The notes under the pieces are model-generated. The model worked only from the letters and a program-made list of their open reading frames with translations, was not told the DNA's origin and did not search any database. 64,000 nt of DNA from contig JBBQKG010000007.1 of the NCBI GenBank assembly GCA_038326655.1, positions 19,067 to 83,066 of the forward strand, written 5' to 3'. The translations under genes and the position numbers were made by a program. Source of the stretch: Solirubrobacterales bacterium (GTDB lineage: Bacteria; Actinomycetota; Thermoleophilia; Solirubrobacterales; JBBDJG01). Within the stretch, counting starts at the first letter, position 1. Each line of letters begins with the position of its first letter. Below are positions 20,359 to 29,590 of the stretch, piece by piece.

Positions 20359-21339
20359 TCAGCTCTCCTGTGAGACCGCCTCGGTGTGCGCGCGCTCGCG
20401 GTGCTCGCGAAGGCTCATCAACGCCGGCGCGCCACGCTCGCGATAGGGAACCTCGACCACGTCGAAGTCGCGCGGCACCACGACCGGATCGAAGACCGCT
20501 CGGGCCTCCTTCTCTATCACCGGCGCGAAGTAGCGCGACGACAGGTGCGTGAGCGCGAGCAGCGACACGTCCGCGGCGCGCGCGATCTCGGCCGCCTGGC
20601 GCGCGGTCGAATGCCCCGTCTGCCGCGCCCGGTCGGCCTCCTCTTCGGCGAACGTGCTCTCGTGTACCAGCAGCTCGGCGCCGGCGGCCACCACGACGGT
20701 CGAGTCGCAGGGCTCCGTGTCTCCGGTGAACACGAGCTTGCGCCCCGGGCGCGGATCGCCCATCACGTCGCCCGGCTGGACCGTCCGGCCGGGCGCCTCG
20801 ACCGGTGAGCCGCGCTGCAGCAGTCCGAACTGCGGGCCGGGCTCGACCCCGAGCTCGCGCGCGCGCTCGGGGTCGAAGCGGCCCGGCCGGTCGTCCTCGA
20901 CAAGCGCATAGCCGAGCGCCTCGGCCCGGTGTGCGACCGCGTACGCGCCGACGCGGTAGCCGTCGAGCTCGACCGCCTCACTGGGCGCGAGCTCCCGGAG
21001 CCGGACCTCGTAGGTGAGCTTGCCGTAGATGCGGCGCAGGTCCGTCATGAGGGCCTGCAGTCCGCGCGGACCGTGGATCGTGAGCGGTGCCGTCCGGCCG
21101 CGGAGCGCGAAGGTCTTCATCATTCCGGGCAGACCCAGGAAATGGTCGGCGTGAAAGTGCGTCAGGAAGACGTGCTCGACGTCCGGGAGGCCGACCGAGC
21201 GCAGCAGCTGGCGCTGCGTCCCCTCCCCGCAGTCGATCAGGAGGCGGTCTCCGCCGCGGCGGATCAGCAGGCTTGCCGGTGCTCGCTGGACGGTCGGCAT
21301 CGAGCCGGCCGTGCCGAGAAACAGAACGGAGAGGTCCAT
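20359..21339 (-). CDS. rnz: Ribonuclease Z / MBL-fold metallo-hydrolase
   Basis: 326 aa. MDLSVLFLGTAGSMP..., HFHADHFLGLPG (HxHxDH), a late TGDT and LTHLS. Confidence 0.8.
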   Translation of the reverse strand: MDLSVLFLGTAGSMPTVQRAPASLLIRRGGDRLLIDCGEGTQRQLLRSVGLPDVEHVFLTHFHADHFLGLPGMMKTFALRGRTAPLTIHGPRGLQALMTDLRRIYGKLTYEVRLRELAPSEAVELDGYRVGAYAVAHRAEALGYALVEDDRPGRFDPERARELGVEPGPQFGLLQRGSPVEAPGRTVQPGDVMGDPRPGRKLVFTGDTEPCDSTVVVAAGAELLVHESTFAEEEADRARQTGHSTARQAAEIARAADVSLLALTHLSSRYFAPVIEKEARAVFDPVVVPRDFDVVEVPYRERGAPALMSLREHRERAHTEAVSQES

Positions 21340-21388
21340 CGCACGCCCTATCTTCGCGAAACCGGCGGCGCCCGCGGCGCGCGGCGGG

Positions 21389-23143
21389 CTAGTGACAGTC
21401 CGCTGAGCCGGAATCCGTGAAGGCCGTCGTGTCGCCGGCTTCCTTCACGAATTGCCAGTCGTACTTCTGGGCGTAGAGCGTCAGTTTCAGGACGCCGAAG
21501 CTGCCTGGGTGGCGCACCTCGGCGGTCGTGCCCTGCGGAGTGGTGAAGCTCTTGCCGCCGGTGCCGACGATGAACTCACGGAGGCCGTTGTCCGGATCGG
21601 CCGTACCGTCGGCGGTCGCGGGCGCAAAGCGCTGGTAGCTGTGGTCGTTGCCGTTCAGGATCAACTCCGAGCCTGCGTCGTACAGGTCCTGCCAGAGCAC
21701 GCCGGTCGAGCCCTGCTCGTCGGCCACGTGCGGACCGTCGGTGAAGTGCGGGAAGTGCCAGAAGGCGAGCGTGCATCTGTTGCCGCGGTGCCGGTAGAGG
21801 TCTCCCTTAAGCCACTGCTCCTGCTCGGAGCCGGCCGCGCAGCTGACGACGTTGCAGTTCGAGTTGAGCGACACGATGTGCCACGACCCGAGGTCGAAGG
21901 AGTAGTAGCCCTTCGCGGGGTCGCCGGCCGCCGCACCGAAGTAGCCGAAGTAGCCGCTCGCGCCCGGGTCCCCGTACTCGTGGTCGCCAGGGGTCGGATG
22001 GGTGATCGCCTTGAACCGGCCCCAGGTCGGGTCATAGGAGGTCGTGAAGCTCGCAAGCGTGCCGTCCTCGTACTGCTCGTCGCCGAGCGTCAGCACCGCG
22101 TCGGAGCCCGCGAGCAGATCCGAGGTGAACCGCTGGTGGCACGCGTCTGCGACGCCGTCCCCGTTGTTGAAGAAGACATCGGCCGGATCGCAGGCGATGT
22201 CCCCCGCCGCGGACACGACCGACTCGGGGATCGCCTTGTGCAGCCGGTTGGCCCAGATGCCCGTGCACGGGCGCGGAGTCGGCGCGAGGCAGGTCGGATG
22301 GACCCAGGAGGTCGCGGCCTCGACCGCGCTGCCCTCGTCCCACTGGTTCCAGGTCGTGACGAGCTGCAGCGGCTCGTGCGAGGCGAACATGTTCTCGATC
22401 GCGGTGTCCCAGGCCGGAACGCTCAGCCGCGATGCGCTTCCGGGGCTGATCGCGTACGAGCTGCCCGGCGCGTGCGACTCGGCCACCCCGGGCGCGTAGT
22501 CGTGCCAGGCGTCGGGCTGCGCCGCGCAGCCGGCGTAGCCGTCCACGGTCTCGAGCACCAGGTAGAAGTCGAGTGTGTTTGCGTCCTGCCAACGCTGCGC
22601 CATGTCGCAGCCGTCGGCGGCGCCGGAGCGCACGAACACGACCGGCCGCCCGTCGATTCGGAGGTACTGCGGCTGAGCTGCGTACCGCGCGCCGATGTAG
22701 GCGAGGTCCGACTCGATCTGGGCGACGCTCGGGTCCTGCGACGCCTCCGGCTGGTAGAAGAGCGACCACTTGAACGGGCTGTTCCCGGTCGCCTGCAGGA
22801 TCGCCGAGATCGGCGAGTCCGTGGCCGAGCCCTGCCCGCCCCAGGAGGCGATCGCGGCATTCAGCCGCGCGTATTGCATCCACGTGACCTCCTGCGCGAC
22901 GGTCGCCGCGACGGCGGAGTCGTACCGGCCGAGCAGCGGCTCGTCGGCGAGCGCGCCGGACGGCCACGCGTCGGCCGTCCACGGGTAGTAGAAGGCAGCC
23001 CGAACCGGAGCCGTCCCGGTGGCCGCGCCGGCGGGCGCGGCTGCGAGGCCGCTGAGGCAGAGCGCAAGCGCCAGCAAAGCGAGAAGAAGCGCCCGGCCAT
23101 GCGTGCTGTCGCTAAAGGTCATCCGTGATGCTGCTGTCTCCAC
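21389..23143 (-). CDS. Secreted two-domain protein: GH99-like glycoside-hydrolase-like N-domain fused to a calcineurin-like metallophosphoesterase
   Basis: Signal peptide RALLLALLALALCLSGLAAAPAGA. N-domain has AAFYYPW...GRYDS...IASWGG...TTWNQWDEGSAVE. C-domain has AGDIACDP, GDEQYEDG, TPGDHEY, LNSN, WHFPHF and NGNDHSYQRF. The start may be ATG 23122 instead of GTG 23143. Confidence 0.7.
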   Translation of the reverse strand: METAASRMTFSDSTHGRALLLALLALALCLSGLAAAPAGAATGTAPVRAAFYYPWTADAWPSGALADEPLLGRYDSAVAATVAQEVTWMQYARLNAAIASWGGQGSATDSPISAILQATGNSPFKWSLFYQPEASQDPSVAQIESDLAYIGARYAAQPQYLRIDGRPVVFVRSGAADGCDMAQRWQDANTLDFYLVLETVDGYAGCAAQPDAWHDYAPGVAESHAPGSSYAISPGSASRLSVPAWDTAIENMFASHEPLQLVTTWNQWDEGSAVEAATSWVHPTCLAPTPRPCTGIWANRLHKAIPESVVSAAGDIACDPADVFFNNGDGVADACHQRFTSDLLAGSDAVLTLGDEQYEDGTLASFTTSYDPTWGRFKAITHPTPGDHEYGDPGASGYFGYFGAAAGDPAKGYYSFDLGSWHIVSLNSNCNVVSCAAGSEQEQWLKGDLYRHRGNRCTLAFWHFPHFTDGPHVADEQGSTGVLWQDLYDAGSELILNGNDHSYQRFAPATADGTADPDNGLREFIVGTGGKSFTTPQGTTAEVRHPGSFGVLKLTLYAQKYDWQFVKEAGDTTAFTDSGSADCH

Positions 23144-23264
23144 AGGAACCCCCCTGGCCGGGAGCTCGCAGGTTCCGAAAGTACCAGATTGCAGGGAAAC
23201 CGCAACTTAATGCGGCGCTGGGCGAACCGAGGCAGCCCGCTTTCCCCTCTAGACTGCAGCCTGA

Positions 23265-23337
<73 letters not shown>

Positions 23338-23488
23338 TGGGTTCCGCTGACGGGTCGTGCTGCCGAGCTTCATCCTCCGCTCACGCACTGCCCGAAGTTC
23401 CGGTAGCGCTGACCGAATCGGTCGCCCAGGAAGACCTGCTCGGCCTTGCAGCACGGTCGGCAAGACGTCCCCTCGATCGCCGAAGCGC

Positions 23489-24247
23489 TCAGTCGCGCAG
23501 GCGCTCGAGCGCCTCCGCGGCCTTGCGCTCGCGCTCGGCGGCGTGCTCGGCGCTGCGCTTCGCCCGGCCCAGCTCGCGCTCCGCATTGCGAACGGCGCGC
23601 GAGGCGGACTCGACCGCTTCACGAGCCTCACGCGCCGCCGCGCGTGCGGTCTCGAGCCTGGCCTCCGCGGCCTCGGTGCGCTTGCGTGCCGGCGGCTGCT
23701 TCGCGGCGGAGCGCTTTCCCCGTGGGGCCGGCGCCCCACCGAGGCCGAGCCCGATCGCCTGCCGCCCCCGCGTCAGCCGCCCCTCGACGACCTCCGCGGC
23801 CGCCTGCTCGTCGAGCGCCGCCGCATGGAGGGTCTCGGCGACGTCGTCGAGCGGGCCCTCGCCGGCCGCCGTCCCACGCTCGCGGAGCAGGGCCCGCGCC
23901 TCGCCGGTGAGCCCCCGCACCAGCGCGCGCTCCCTGGCCGACAGATCGCGCACATCGCCGCCCGCTTTCTCGTTGCCCCCCACGAGTCGCTTCTGCGCGT
24001 CGCGCAGCTCGCGTCCGACCGCGATCAGGTCGCCCAGCCCTCCGCCGCTGCCGCGAGCGAGCTGGTTCATCGCCCAGGCCGGCGCCGTGGGCTTGCGCAG
24101 TCCCTTCACGCGCTCGGCCGCCTCGCGGCGGCCCTCGGCGCGAAGCTTTTTCGCGGCCGCATCCCGGGCGGCCGTGAACTGGTCCAGCGGCAGGCCGTAG
24201 AGGCGGTCGATTTCGGCTTCGGGTGGGGCGTTTCTTGCGCGGGACAA
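23489..24247 (-). CDS. Hypothetical protein, Ala/Arg/Glu-rich with a predicted coiled-coil C-terminus
   Basis: 252-aa ORF with high GC3. N-terminus EIDRLYGLPLDQFTAARDAAAKKLRAEGRREAAERVKGLRKPT looks like a conserved actinobacterial hypothetical. No recognisable catalytic motif. TTG start. Confidence 0.55.
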   Translation of the reverse strand: MSRARNAPPEAEIDRLYGLPLDQFTAARDAAAKKLRAEGRREAAERVKGLRKPTAPAWAMNQLARGSGGGLGDLIAVGRELRDAQKRLVGGNEKAGGDVRDLSARERALVRGLTGEARALLRERGTAAGEGPLDDVAETLHAAALDEQAAAEVVEGRLTRGRQAIGLGLGGAPAPRGKRSAAKQPPARKRTEAAEARLETARAAAREAREAVESASRAVRNAERELGRAKRSAEHAAERERKAAEALERLRD

Positions 24248-24421
24248 ATTTTCGATCGTCGTGGTTTAAGGATCCTCGCGGCCGGGGAAACCGCGCCTAC
24301 AATCTCTCAGTGCGCCTCTGCTTGCAGAGGCGACCATCCGTCTTGAAGCGCCCGGTCATCGATCGGGCGCTTCGAGTTCCGGGACCGGAAAAGACTGCCG
24401 GGTCGCGTATATTTCCCGGCC

Positions 24422-24589
24422 GTGGGCCTCCTCATCACATTCGCCGTCGCGGTGATCGCCAGCGTGGCCGGGATCGGCGCGGTGCTGGCCGGCGGCGGCA
24501 CGACGCAACTCGTGGTGGCGCTCGCGATCCACATCGTGGGCACGATCGTCGCGCTCGGCGCCGTCATGGCCGCGCTCGACGCGGGCTAG
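24422..24589 (+). CDS. Possible 55-aa two-helix membrane protein (below the ORF-track size cut-off)
   Basis: Hand translation from GTG 24422: VGLLITFAVAVIASVAGIGAVLAGGGTTQLVVALAIHIVGTIVALGAVMAALDAG*. Almost every codon ends in G/C. No clear SD. Its TAG shares the CTAG tetranucleotide with the stop of the convergent HAD gene. Confidence 0.4.
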   Translation: MGLLITFAVAVIASVAGIGAVLAGGGTTQLVVALAIHIVGTIVALGAVMAALDAG

Positions 24590-25248
24590 CCCCCGGCCCG
24601 CAAGGGCGTTTCGTCGAGCCTGCCGAGCAGCGCCTCGATCGACTCGAACACCGCGCACGCGCCGGCGGTCCGAAGCTCCTGCTCGGAGAACCCACCGGTG
24701 AGCAGCGCGATCGTCTCGACGCCGCAGCGCTTCGCCGCCTCGCAGTCCCAGGTCGAGTCACCCACCATCAGGGCCTCTCCCCCGCCTGCTTTCTTCTTCG
24801 CGGCGGCGATCAGGTCGGGATGGGGCTTGGTGCGCTCGACGTCCGCAGACGTGGTCCAGTCATCGACGATCTGGCGCGCGTCCAGCAGGTCGAGATAGTG
24901 CTCGACCTCCTGGGACTTGGCGGAGCTGGCCAGCACGACCGGGTGCCCGTCGTCGTGCAAACGCTCGATCAGGTCGCGCGCGGCACGGAACGGCCTCACC
25001 TCGTCGATCAGCTCCATGTAGAGCTCGCCCTCCGTCTCCCGCACGGCGTCGCCGTGCGCGCGCTCGCCCTCCTCGCCGCAGAGCGCGCTCACGAGCTGGT
25101 CCCCGCCCATGCCCATGTGCCGGTGGATCCGCCAGACCGGCAGCACGATGTCGTGTCGCAGGAAGGCGCGGTACCAGGCGATCGCGTGTTGATAGTTCGT
25201 GTCGACGAGCGTTCCGTCGACGTCGAGAATCGCGGTCACGGTAGGCAT
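24586..25248 (-). CDS. HAD-superfamily hydrolase (subfamily IA-like phosphatase)
   Basis: 220 aa. Motif I ILDVDGTLVDT, motif III/IV ...MVGDSTWD. Confidence 0.85.
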   Translation of the reverse strand: MPTVTAILDVDGTLVDTNYQHAIAWYRAFLRHDIVLPVWRIHRHMGMGGDQLVSALCGEEGERAHGDAVRETEGELYMELIDEVRPFRAARDLIERLHDDGHPVVLASSAKSQEVEHYLDLLDARQIVDDWTTSADVERTKPHPDLIAAAKKKAGGGEALMVGDSTWDCEAAKRCGVETIALLTGGFSEQELRTAGACAVFESIEALLGRLDETPLRAGG

Positions 25249-25336
25249 CGAGCCTCCTTCTACCCGTTTGTCGCCTGTTTTGCCTTGTTCGCCACTTGGG
25301 TAATAGACCGAGTGTCATCCCGAGAAAGGAACTCCC

Positions 25337-25630
25337 ATGTGGGCTGGTTCAGTCGGCCTGATCGTTGCACTTCTGGTGATACTGCTGCTGGCGCTGGGGC
25401 TCTCGGTGATCATCGCGGCGCCGATCATCGCGGCGCCGTTCTTCATCGTCGGATTCGGCGCCTTCCTGGTCTGGCGCGGTAGGCAGCGAAGCCGCGCGAG
25501 GTTCGGTGAGGGCTACGGCGCCCGCGTGCCGACCACGGAGGAAACCGCGCCCGACCCGGTCGCCGACTCCGGCGTGACGGACGCCGCGCGGGCCCGCAGC
25601 GACGCGGCCACGCGTGAGAAGGCCGTCTGA
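25337..25630 (+). CDS. Small membrane protein, hypothetical
   Basis: 97 aa. Two hydrophobic helices (GLIVALLVILLLALGLSVIIAAPIIAAPFFIVGFGAFLVW) and a charged tail. AAAGGAA lies 6 nt before the ATG. Confidence 0.6.
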   Translation: MWAGSVGLIVALLVILLLALGLSVIIAAPIIAAPFFIVGFGAFLVWRGRQRSRARFGEGYGARVPTTEETAPDPVADSGVTDAARARSDAATREKAV

Positions 25631-26372
25631 GGGCCGCCTGAAGACCGTCCGCGTCGGCTGCTCGGGCTGGAACTACGCCCACTGGCGCGAGCTCGTCTAT
25701 CCGAAAGGGCTGCCGCCGGGGCGCTGGCTTGCCTACTACGCGACGCTGTTCGACACGGTTGAGGTCAACACCACCTTCTATCGGCTGCCCGCCCGGCCGG
25801 CGGTGGAAGGCTGGGCACGCCAAAGCCCGCCCGGCTTTCTGTTCGCCGTCAAGGCGAGCCGGTACCTGACTCACATCAAGCGGCTCACCGACATGCGCGC
25901 CGGCGTGGCGCGCTTCTACGAGCGCATCGAGCCGCTGCTCGAGGCGGGGAAGCTCGGGCCGGTGCTGTGGCAGCTGCCGGGGAACTTTCGCCGCGATGAC
26001 GAGCGCCTCGAGGCCGCGCTCGACGCATTGCCCGAGGGCCGCCACGCCTTCGAGTTCCGTCACGAGAGCTGGTTCACGCCCGAGGTCTACGAGCTGTTGC
26101 GCAGCAGGGCCGTCGCACTCGTGATCGGGGACACGCCTGAGCGCCCGTTCCAGACGCACGAGCAGACCGCGGACTGGACCTTCTTGCGCTTCCATTACGG
26201 ATCGCGGGGCCGCAACGGCAACTACTCGCAGCGAGAACTCGACGCGTGGGCGGCGCGCATCGCAAAGTGGCGGCGAAGCATCGACGTCTACGCGTACTTC
26301 AACAACGACTGGAACGGCTACGCCGTGCGCAACGGGCTCTACCTGAAACGCGCGCTAGCCGAGTTGGGGTAA
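25614..26372 (+). CDS. DUF72 (YecE/UPF0759) family protein
   Basis: Contains VRVGCSGWNYAHWRELVYP...YYATLFDTVEVNTTFYRLP...FEFRHESW, the DUF72 pattern. GTG start overlapping the previous gene by 17 nt (start uncertain). Confidence 0.85.
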   Translation: MRRPSEGRLKTVRVGCSGWNYAHWRELVYPKGLPPGRWLAYYATLFDTVEVNTTFYRLPARPAVEGWARQSPPGFLFAVKASRYLTHIKRLTDMRAGVARFYERIEPLLEAGKLGPVLWQLPGNFRRDDERLEAALDALPEGRHAFEFRHESWFTPEVYELLRSRAVALVIGDTPERPFQTHEQTADWTFLRFHYGSRGRNGNYSQRELDAWAARIAKWRRSIDVYAYFNNDWNGYAVRNGLYLKRALAELG

Positions 26373-27257
26373 GGCCTGCCGCTGGTCCAGGACGGGTGCG
26401 AACAGGTCGCCCTCGCGCTCCACCCGCCCCAGCACCGCATCGCAGTCGAACACGAGCAGGTCCGGGTCGCGCTGCTCCAGCGCCCGCTCCACTTCCTCCC
26501 AGTGCACCGGCGCCGACACCGTCGGCCGCTCGCGTGCGCGCAGCGAGTAGACGCAGACCGTTGTCTTGTGGTCGTCGTTCTGGCTCCAGTCGACAAACAC
26601 CTTCCCGCCCCGGATGCTCTTCTTCATGCTCGAGACGACGAGCTCGGGCATCTGCTTCTCGAGCAGCATCGCGATTGCGCGTGCGAACGGCTTCGTGTCG
26701 TCGTACGTGACCGGGCCGTTCAGCGGCACATAGACCTGAAGCCCCTTGGAGCCCGAGGTCTTTGGGTAGCAGTCGAGCCCGAGACCGGTGAACAGCCGGC
26801 GAAGGGCGGCCCCGACCAGCGCGCACTCGACGATCCCGGCGGGCTCACCGGGGTCGAGGTCGAACACCATCATCGTCGGCTGCATCACGTCCTCGGCCCG
26901 CGAGAGCGACGTGTGCAGCTCGAGGTCGGCGAGGTTCGCGAGCCAGATCAGCGTCGGCAGGTCGTTTGCGAGGCAGTACTGGATCACGCGCTTGTTGTGC
27001 ACGGTCACGGTCTCGATCCAGTCGGGCCGGTGGGACGGGCACTGCTTCTCGTAGAAGAACTGGCCCTCGACGCCGTCGGGGTAGCGCTTGAGCGTCAGCG
27101 GCCGGTCGCGGAGGTGCGGGAGCAGGGCCGGCGCGACCCGCCGGTAGTAGTCGATCACCTGGCCCTTCGTGAACCCGGTGGCCGGATAAAAGATCTTGTC
27201 GAGGTTGGAGAGCTTGAGGCGACGGCCCTCGACTTCGACCTCGACGGCCTTTGTCAC
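26355..27257 (-). CDS. ligD: NHEJ DNA polymerase/primase (stand-alone LigD polymerase domain)
   Basis: 300 aa. Contains LKLSNLDKIFYPATGFTKG, LKRYPDGV..FFYEK and KVFVDWSQNDDHKT. GTGA overlap with the ku stop. Confidence 0.9.
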   Translation of the reverse strand: MTKAVEVEVEGRRLKLSNLDKIFYPATGFTKGQVIDYYRRVAPALLPHLRDRPLTLKRYPDGVEGQFFYEKQCPSHRPDWIETVTVHNKRVIQYCLANDLPTLIWLANLADLELHTSLSRAEDVMQPTMMVFDLDPGEPAGIVECALVGAALRRLFTGLGLDCYPKTSGSKGLQVYVPLNGPVTYDDTKPFARAIAMLLEKQMPELVVSSMKKSIRGGKVFVDWSQNDDHKTTVCVYSLRARERPTVSAPVHWEEVERALEQRDPDLLVFDCDAVLGRVEREGDLFAPVLDQRQALPQLG

Positions 27258-28156
27258 GCCTGCGTCTTGGACCTGGGCTTCTTCGCGGGAGTGCGCTTCG
27301 CGGGAGTGCGCTTCGCCGCGGCCTTCTTCGCCGGCGCCTTCCGCGCGCCGGTGCCCGGCTTGCTCGCCTTCGCGCCGTTCGACTTCGCCGCGGCAAGAGA
27401 CGCCTCGAGCGCCGCCATCAGGTCGGGCACGGCCGTCGGCGCCTCGGGCTCGGGTGCCACCGCGACCTCCTGGCCCTCGGCCTTGCGCTCGATCAGGTCG
27501 AGCACGCGCTCGCGGTACTCGTCGCGGTACTTGCTCGGATCGAACGGGGTCGCCAGGGACTCGATCAGCTGCCTGGCCATGTCGACCTCGCGCTTGGTCG
27601 CCGACACCTCCCCGTCGGGGAGCTCGTCGATCTGCTCGGGGTCGATCAGCTCGTCGGCGAACAGCATCGTCTCCATCGTGAGCACGTCCCCGGCGGCGCG
27701 AATTGCGGTCAGGTACTCCTTCGAGCGGATCACGACCCGTGCGATCGCGACCTTGTTGGTCTCCTTCAGCGCCTCCAGCAGCAGCCTGTAGGGCTTCGCG
27801 GCGCCGGTGTCGGGGGCGAGGTAGTAGGGGTGCTCGTAGAACAGAGGGTCGATGTCGTCGAGGTCGACGAAGTCCTCGATGTCGATCGTGCGCGTCTTCG
27901 CCGGGTCGAGCGCCTCGAGCTCCTCAGGCGTCACGACCACGTAGCGCCCCGGGCTGACCTCGTAGCCCTTGACGATCTCCTCGTAGGGAACTTCCGCATC
28001 CTCCTCGGCGCAATAGCGCTTCAGCAGGATGCGGGAATGGTCCTGCTCGTGGAGCTGATTGAAGCGCACCGTCTTCTTGGACACCGCGCTGTAGAGCTTT
28101 ACGGGCACGTTGACCAGCCCGAAGCTGATCGCGCCTCTCCATATCGATCTAGCCAT
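27254..28156 (-). CDS. ku: Ku protein (NHEJ end-binding) with a Lys/Ala/Pro-rich basic tail
   Basis: N-terminus MARSIWRGAISFGLVNVPVKLYSAV. Tail ends KAPAKKAAAKRTPAKRTPAKKPRSKTQA. Confidence 0.95.
   Translation of the reverse strand: MARSIWRGAISFGLVNVPVKLYSAVSKKTVRFNQLHEQDHSRILLKRYCAEEDAEVPYEEIVKGYEVSPGRYVVVTPEELEALDPAKTRTIDIEDFVDLDDIDPLFYEHPYYLAPDTGAAKPYRLLLEALKETNKVAIARVVIRSKEYLTAIRAAGDVLTMETMLFADELIDPEQIDELPDGEVSATKREVDMARQLIESLATPFDPSKYRDEYRERVLDLIERKAEGQEVAVAPEPEAPTAVPDLMAALEASLAAAKSNGAKASKPGTGARKAPAKKAAAKRTPAKRTPAKKPRSKTQA
27281..27310. repeat. Perfect 2 x 15-bp tandem repeat inside the ku 3' end (encodes AKRTP-AKRTP)
   Basis: cttcgcgggagtgcg cttcgcgggagtgcg, read directly. Confidence 0.85.
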
Positions 28157-28158
28157 GG

Positions 28159-29589
28159 CTACTCCAGTTTCTCCTCGAAGATGACATCCCTTGCATTCTT
28201 ATCGTCGCGAAGGCCTTTGAAAGAAGCCTGTCGCAACGTTCGTGTCGTCGTCCAGCCACGAAACTCGACCTCGGCGACCAGCTCCGGCTCCACGAACCGG
28301 GTCCCCTTGGGCGGCTGACGGCCCTCGAACGGGCTGTCGGGGCGCTCCAGCTCCTGGAGGCGCGCGAGCAGGTCCTGCAGGGTTTGCTGGGTGAATCCCG
28401 TGCCCACGTTGCCCGCGTAGACGAGCTTTCCATCCGCATGGAAGCCGACCGCCAGGGACCCCAGCGTCGCACTCCGGCCGCCCTGTCCGGGCAGCCAGCC
28501 CCCGATCACGAGCTCCTGGCGCATCCCGTTCTTCACCTTGAGCCAGTCGCCGCTGCGTGATCCGGGCTTGTAGCGGCTGTCGAGGCGCTTCGCGACAACG
28601 CCCTCGAGCCTCTGCTCCTTGCTCGCGTCGAGCATCGCCTTCCCCTCGCCCACGTGATGCGCCGGGGTGCGCCAGTTGTCGCCGTTCAGGTCCAGCTGCT
28701 CCAGCAATGCGCGGCGCTCCGTGTACGGCAGCGCCATCGTGTTGCGGCCCTCGAGATACAGCACGTCGAAGATCATGTAGGTCACCGGCGTGTCGGCCAT
28801 GCGGCGCCGGATCGCGGACTCCGACGCGAGGTGCATGCGCGGTTGAAGCCGCTGGAAGCTGGGATGGCCCTGCTCGTCGAGCGCCACGATCTCTCCGTCG
28901 AGCACGGCGCGTCGCGAGCCGAGCTCCCGGCCGAGCTTGCGCAGCTCCGGGTAATGCTTGGTGACGTCGCGCAGGCTGCGGCTCTCGAGGTGCACACGGC
29001 CCCCATCGCAGTAGGCGACCGCGCGAACCCCGTCCCACTTGACCTCGAACGCGTGGTCGCGATCGTTTCGGGGCAGGTCGGACAGGCGGGCCATCATCGG
29101 CACCACGTGCTCGGGCATCGGGTCCTCCTCCGGGTCGGCCGGGGGGTCCATCCGGTGGATCATCCAGTTCTTGCTATTGGTCCGGAACAGGACGTACTTG
29201 CCCTCGAGGCGCTTGCCGTGGAAGGTCACGATCACCTCGTCGTCGCGCCACTTCTCGCACTCGTACGTGCCGCTGTCCCAGATCTTCACCTTGCCGGCGC
29301 CGTACTCGCCCTCCGGGATCTCCCCGGCGAAGTCGATGTACTCGAGCGGGTGGTCCTCGACGCGGACCGCGAGGTGGTTTCGCTTGGGGTCGGTCGGGAT
29401 CCCCTTCGGCACCGCCCACGAGACCAGCACGCCGTCACGCTCCAGGCGGAGGTCCCAGTGCAGGCTGCGCGCATGGTGCTCCTGGATCACGAAGCGCTCC
29501 CCGTGCCGGCGGGTGCGCGAGCGTCCGGCCGGCTCGGGGGTCTTGCCGAAGTCGCGCTTTTCCTCGTAGGTCTCGAGCTTCTGTGCCAT
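28159..29589 (-). CDS. ligD: ATP-dependent DNA ligase LigD, phosphoesterase + ligase domains
   Basis: 476 aa. PE domain FVIQEHHARSLHWDLRLE...VEDHPLEY. Ligase adenylation motif FEVKWDGVRAV. OB domain at the C-terminus. Confidence 0.9.
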   Translation of the reverse strand: MAQKLETYEEKRDFGKTPEPAGRSRTRRHGERFVIQEHHARSLHWDLRLERDGVLVSWAVPKGIPTDPKRNHLAVRVEDHPLEYIDFAGEIPEGEYGAGKVKIWDSGTYECEKWRDDEVIVTFHGKRLEGKYVLFRTNSKNWMIHRMDPPADPEEDPMPEHVVPMMARLSDLPRNDRDHAFEVKWDGVRAVAYCDGGRVHLESRSLRDVTKHYPELRKLGRELGSRRAVLDGEIVALDEQGHPSFQRLQPRMHLASESAIRRRMADTPVTYMIFDVLYLEGRNTMALPYTERRALLEQLDLNGDNWRTPAHHVGEGKAMLDASKEQRLEGVVAKRLDSRYKPGSRSGDWLKVKNGMRQELVIGGWLPGQGGRSATLGSLAVGFHADGKLVYAGNVGTGFTQQTLQDLLARLQELERPDSPFEGRQPPKGTRFVEPELVAEVEFRGWTTTRTLRQASFKGLRDDKNARDVIFEEKLE

Positions 29590-29590
29590 C

